Below, piece after piece: positions 28,694 through 32,000 of a DNA stretch of 32,000 nt. The notes beneath the pieces were generated by a model. The model saw nothing but the letters and a program-made list of their open reading frames with translations. It was not told the origin of the DNA and ran no database searches. The position numbers and the translations under genes are program-made. The first letter of the stretch is position 1. Each line of letters begins with the position of its first letter. This stretch comes from Candidatus Saccharimonadota bacterium (GTDB taxonomy: Bacteria; Pseudomonadota; Gammaproteobacteria; Enterobacterales; Enterobacteriaceae). The stretch covers positions 210,001-242,000 of the forward strand of contig CP001817.1 in NCBI GenBank assembly GCA_000217635.1. Reading direction: 5' to 3'.

Positions 28694-29389
28694 ATGAATA
28701 AAATAAAAGTAATTTTTATGAGACACGGGGAAAGCGAATGGAATCAGTCTAATCAATTTACTGGATGGCAAGATGTATTATTATCTAAAAAAGGAATACA
28801 GGAAGCACAGATTGCAGGAAAACTTTTAAAGAAAAATGGATTTTTTTTTGATTATGCTTATACATCTATGCTAAGTCGAGCAATTTATACATTATGGTAT
28901 ATTTTAAAAATATTAAAAGAAACTTGGATTCCTATTAAAAAATCATGGCAATTAAACGAACGTCATTACGGCGCTTTAGAAGGATTAAATAAAAAAAAAA
29001 TTAGAAGTATATATAGTAAAGAACAAATACAATTGTGGAGAAGAAGTTTTCTTCATACCCCCCCTGCTTTAGATATTAAAGATACACGATACCCTGGTTA
29101 TGATCGACGGTATATTACATTAAATAAAAACGAACTTCCAGTATCAGAAAGTTTAGAAAATACCTATAATCGCGTTATTCCATATTGGAAGAATGTTATT
29201 CTTCCTACCATTAAAGATAAAAAAAAAATAATTGTTGTAGCTCACGGAAATTCTTTACGAGCTTTAATTAAATATTTAAATAATATTAATAACGATAATA
29301 TTATTAATCTTAATATTTCTACAGGTGCTCCAATTGTATATGAATTTTCAGATACTTTATGTCCATTAAATTATTATTATTTAAAATAA
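28694..29389 (+). CDS. gpmA: 2,3-bisphosphoglycerate-dependent phosphoglycerate mutase
   Basis: 231-aa ORF with RHGESEWN, LNERHYGAL and AHGNSLRAL. Confidence 0.94.
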   Translation: MNKIKVIFMRHGESEWNQSNQFTGWQDVLLSKKGIQEAQIAGKLLKKNGFFFDYAYTSMLSRAIYTLWYILKILKETWIPIKKSWQLNERHYGALEGLNKKKIRSIYSKEQIQLWRRSFLHTPPALDIKDTRYPGYDRRYITLNKNELPVSESLENTYNRVIPYWKNVILPTIKDKKKIIVVAHGNSLRALIKYLNNINNDNIINLNISTGAPIVYEFSDTLCPLNYYYLK

Positions 29390-29572
29390 ATTAAAATATT
29401 AAAATACATAAAAAAATATTACATCTTATATAAGAATATTTTTCTTTATAAAAATATATAATAAAGCATGTAAATTTATTTTTAAAAATAGAGAAATTTT
29501 ATTATATATAAAATATTTATATTATTATTTTAATAAAATTATAAAATACTCAATATATAAATAATAATTATC

Positions 29573-29577
29573 GAGGG
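29573..29577 (+). promoter_or_regulatory. Shine-Dalgarno-like GAGGG upstream of pfkA
   Basis: The unusually GC-rich tcgagggcggtatcgca lies immediately upstream of the ATG at 29588. GAGGG is 10 nt from the start. Confidence 0.4.
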
Positions 29578-29587
29578 CGGTATCGCA

Positions 29588-30550
29588 ATGATTAAAATAA
29601 TTGGCATATTAACTAGTGGCGGCGATGCACCCGGAATGAATGCTGCAATTCGAGCAGTAACACATACCGCTTTGAATAAAGGGTTAAATGTCATAGGAAT
29701 TCAAGATGGATTTTTAGGTTTATTTAAAAATCGTATGATACAATTACAAAAGTCTAATGTTTCAAATATTATTAATCGAGGCGGAACACTTTTAGGATCT
29801 GCTCGTTTTCCTGAGTTTTCTCAAAAAGATATTCGATTAACTTCTATAAAAAATCTTTATCAGAGAAAAATTGATGCTTTAATTATTATTGGTGGAGACG
29901 GGTCATATATCGGGGCAAAATATTTAACTAATATGGGTTTACCGTGTATCGGGATTCCTGGAACTATTGATAATGATGTAGCAGGAACTGATTATTCAAT
30001 CGGATATTTTACTGCTTTAGAAACAATAGTTGAGGCTATTGATAGATTACAAGATACTTCTGCTTCTCATAAACGTATATCAATTGTAGAAATAATGGGG
30101 CGTTATTGCGGTGATCTTACCCTAGCTGCGTCAATAGCTGGAGGTTGTGAGTTTATTATATTACCTGAAATTACCTATACAAAAGAAAATTTATTAATAG
30201 ATATTAAAAAAAGCATAAAAAATGGAAAAAATCATGCAGTTATTGCAATTACCGAGCATTTATATGATGTTAAAAAACTAGCACGATATATTCAAGAAAA
30301 AACTAAAAGAGAAACTAGAGCTACAACTCTGGGATATATTCAAAGAGGAGGAACTCCTGTTGTTTATGATAGAATTTTGGCTTCTCGTATGGGATCTTAT
30401 GCTGTTAAATTGCTTTTAGAAGGATATCAAGGTAGATGTGTTGGAATTATTAATGAAGTTTTAGTGCATCATGATATAAATAATGCTCTTAAATATATGA
30501 AAAAACCTTTTAAAAGTGATTGGTTAGTAACTGCAAAAAATTTATACTAA
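29588..30550 (+). CDS. pfkA: ATP-dependent 6-phosphofructokinase
   Basis: 320-aa ORF with [27 protein letters not shown] and LGYIQRGG; the same length as E. coli PfkA. Confidence 0.96.
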   Translation: MIKIIGILTSGGDAPGMNAAIRAVTHTALNKGLNVIGIQDGFLGLFKNRMIQLQKSNVSNIINRGGTLLGSARFPEFSQKDIRLTSIKNLYQRKIDALIIIGGDGSYIGAKYLTNMGLPCIGIPGTIDNDVAGTDYSIGYFTALETIVEAIDRLQDTSASHKRISIVEIMGRYCGDLTLAASIAGGCEFIILPEITYTKENLLIDIKKSIKNGKNHAVIAITEHLYDVKKLARYIQEKTKRETRATTLGYIQRGGTPVVYDRILASRMGSYAVKLLLEGYQGRCVGIINEVLVHHDINNALKYMKKPFKSDWLVTAKNLY

Positions 30551-30572
30551 TTTTTTATTTTAAACAATATAA

Positions 30573-30597
30573 TAAGTGCCGGGTACCCCGGCGCTTA
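30573..30597. terminator. GC-rich hairpin (11-bp stem with one G-U pair, 3-nt loop) between convergent pfkA and tpiA
   Basis: taagtgccggg (30573-30583) pairs with cccggcgctta (30587-30597). It starts 23 nt after the pfkA stop. On the minus strand it is followed by UUAUAUUGUUU. It is the only strongly GC-rich non-coding element I noticed in the window. Confidence 0.5.
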
Positions 30598-30729
30598 AAT
30601 CAATATTTTATTAATAAAATTAATTATGCATATAAAAAAATGATTAATATCATTTCTTATATAATAATATTTATAAATATAAAATAATTAATTTATTTTT
30701 TAATAATAAGAAAATTTATTAAAAATATT

Positions 30730-31506
30730 TTATTTATTTATTATTTTTATAATTTTTTTAAATTCTTTTAAAATGAGAGATGCTCCTCCAATTAAAAAAC
30801 CATCAATATCATGTTGATAAATTAATTCTTGAACATTATGCTGAGAAACAGAACCACCGTATTGAATAAAAAAATTTTTAATATTATTATTAGATTTACT
30901 TTTAATATAATTTCGTATAAAACAAGATATATTTTGTACTTCTTTTGGTGATGCAGATTGTCCTGACCCTATTGCCCAAATTGGTTCATATGCAATAATA
31001 GAATTATTAAATGCATTTTTTCCACATAAATCAAATATTAAATCTATTTGTTTTTTGCATATTTCTTTAGTTTTTTTATCATTATGTTCTTGAATTGTTT
31101 CTCCTATACATAATATTGGTATTAAATTTTCTTCTTTTAACATATAAAATTTTTTAGCAACTAATGCATTATTTTCATAATGATTTAAACGTCTTTCGGA
31201 ATGTCCAATAATAACATATTGAATTCCCATATCTTTTAACATGATTGGAGAAATCTCTCCGGTAAACGGTCCTGAAAAATGTACATCAACATTTTGAGAA
31301 CCTAAAAAAAATTTTTTTTGATCAGTAGATAGAATATTTTGAATAAAATTAGCATATAATAAAGGAGGAGCTAATACAACTGTACAAATTTTATAATATT
31401 TTATGAGAAACTGATTTAATGGTTTTAAAATGCGTAAAATAAATTTTTTACTACCATTCAATTTCCAGTTACCGATAATAATTGGTTTAATCATATTTTC
31501 AATCAC
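30730..31506 (-). CDS. tpiA: Triosephosphate isomerase
   Basis: 258-aa ORF with GNWKLNG, IIGHSERR, AYEPIWAIGSG and YGGSV. Confidence 0.94.
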   Translation of the reverse strand: MIENMIKPIIIGNWKLNGSKKFILRILKPLNQFLIKYYKICTVVLAPPLLYANFIQNILSTDQKKFFLGSQNVDVHFSGPFTGEISPIMLKDMGIQYVIIGHSERRLNHYENNALVAKKFYMLKEENLIPILCIGETIQEHNDKKTKEICKKQIDLIFDLCGKNAFNNSIIAYEPIWAIGSGQSASPKEVQNISCFIRNYIKSKSNNNIKNFFIQYGGSVSQHNVQELIYQHDIDGFLIGGASLILKEFKKIIKIINK

Positions 31507-31620
31507 CTATCTTTAGCAATTATCAGAAATTTACAACTTATACTCCAATAATTGCTGAACTATAAAATATTAATATTTTTAATCTAAATATTATTTATAT
31601 CACTTATTTAAGGGTTTTTT

Positions 31621-31908
31621 CTATTTAGAAAAACAATTTGTACGTTCTCTTAATTGTTTTCCGGGTTTAAAATGAGGAACATATTTGCCATGTAAATTAA
31701 CTTTTTCTCCTGTTTTTGGATTTCTACCTACACGCGCGAAACGATAATGTAAAGAAAAACTACCAAATCCTCTAATTTCTATTCGATTTCCCTTTTCTAA
31801 AGAAAAAGACATATATTCTAAAATATCTTTTATAATACGTTCAATAATTTTTACTTGAATATAAGTTTTTTTTTCAGTAATTCGTTCAAATAATTCTGAT
31901 TTATTCAT
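31621..31908 (-). CDS. ihfB: Integration host factor beta subunit
   Basis: 95-aa ORF, nearly collinear with E. coli IHF-beta ([35 protein letters not shown]). Confidence 0.9.
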   Translation of the reverse strand: MNKSELFERITEKKTYIQVKIIERIIKDILEYMSFSLEKGNRIEIRGFGSFSLHYRFARVGRNPKTGEKVNLHGKYVPHFKPGKQLRERTNCFSK

Positions 31909-32000
31909 ATATCCTCTAAATAATTTTTATGTATAATAAAACATCATTATTCAGAAATTGTATAATTTTTAAAAATATTTATAATTTATATTATTCAGAA

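Noticed and set aside
1-32000. Programmed ribosomal frameshifting (of the prfB or dnaX type) as the explanation for the split genes
   Set aside because: I found no slippery heptamer with a stimulatory SD sequence or pseudoknot. Events occur in both directions, always in plain A or T runs, and in nine unrelated genes. This fits transcriptional slippage, mutation or sequencing error better than a programmed translational mechanism.
1-32000. Search for tRNA, rRNA, CRISPR arrays, IS elements, integrases, toxin-antitoxin or defence genes
   Set aside because: No GC-enriched 70-90-nt patches with cloverleaf potential appear in the spacers. There are no regularly spaced direct repeats and no ORF with transposase, integrase or nuclease-like motifs. 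All sizeable ORFs are accounted for by housekeeping homologs.

Overview
This is an extremely AT-rich (by eye about four-fifths A+T), gene-dense chromosomal segment from a reduced gammaproteobacterial insect endosymbiont. The gene order is marC-family, lipB, lipA, sppA, yciA, yciC, trpA-B-C-D, yedA-like, rluB, suhB, rlmN, hisS, glyA, mfd, gapA, fldA, ybgI, sucA, sucB, gpmA, pfkA, tpiA, ihfB. This matches what I recall of Buchnera aphidicola synteny; the identification rests on recollection, not a search. I count 27 protein genes, all housekeeping or biosynthetic. I found no tRNA, rRNA, CRISPR array, IS/transposase, phage or defence genes, so I do not find a novel multi-gene system here. The main signal is 12 reading-frame disruptions in 9 genes, each inside an A or T homopolymer of 6-10 nt. 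In each case a 1-nt change in run length restores collinearity with the E. coli ortholog, and where I tallied lengths they also match closely. Affected genes include the essential hisS, glyA and fldA. lipB carries a compensated pair that leaves the ORF open but scrambles a conserved motif. trpA carries a pair enclosing a stop codon. These are either real lesions tolerated through transcriptional slippage or homopolymer sequencing errors, and the sequence alone cannot tell which. Other points of interest are a perfect 45-bp-arm palindrome overlapping the sppA stop codon and a GC-rich hairpin between pfkA and tpiA. There is also an N-terminally truncated mfd, a suhB whose phosphatase metal ligands appear substituted, and three unusually long gene-free spacers.
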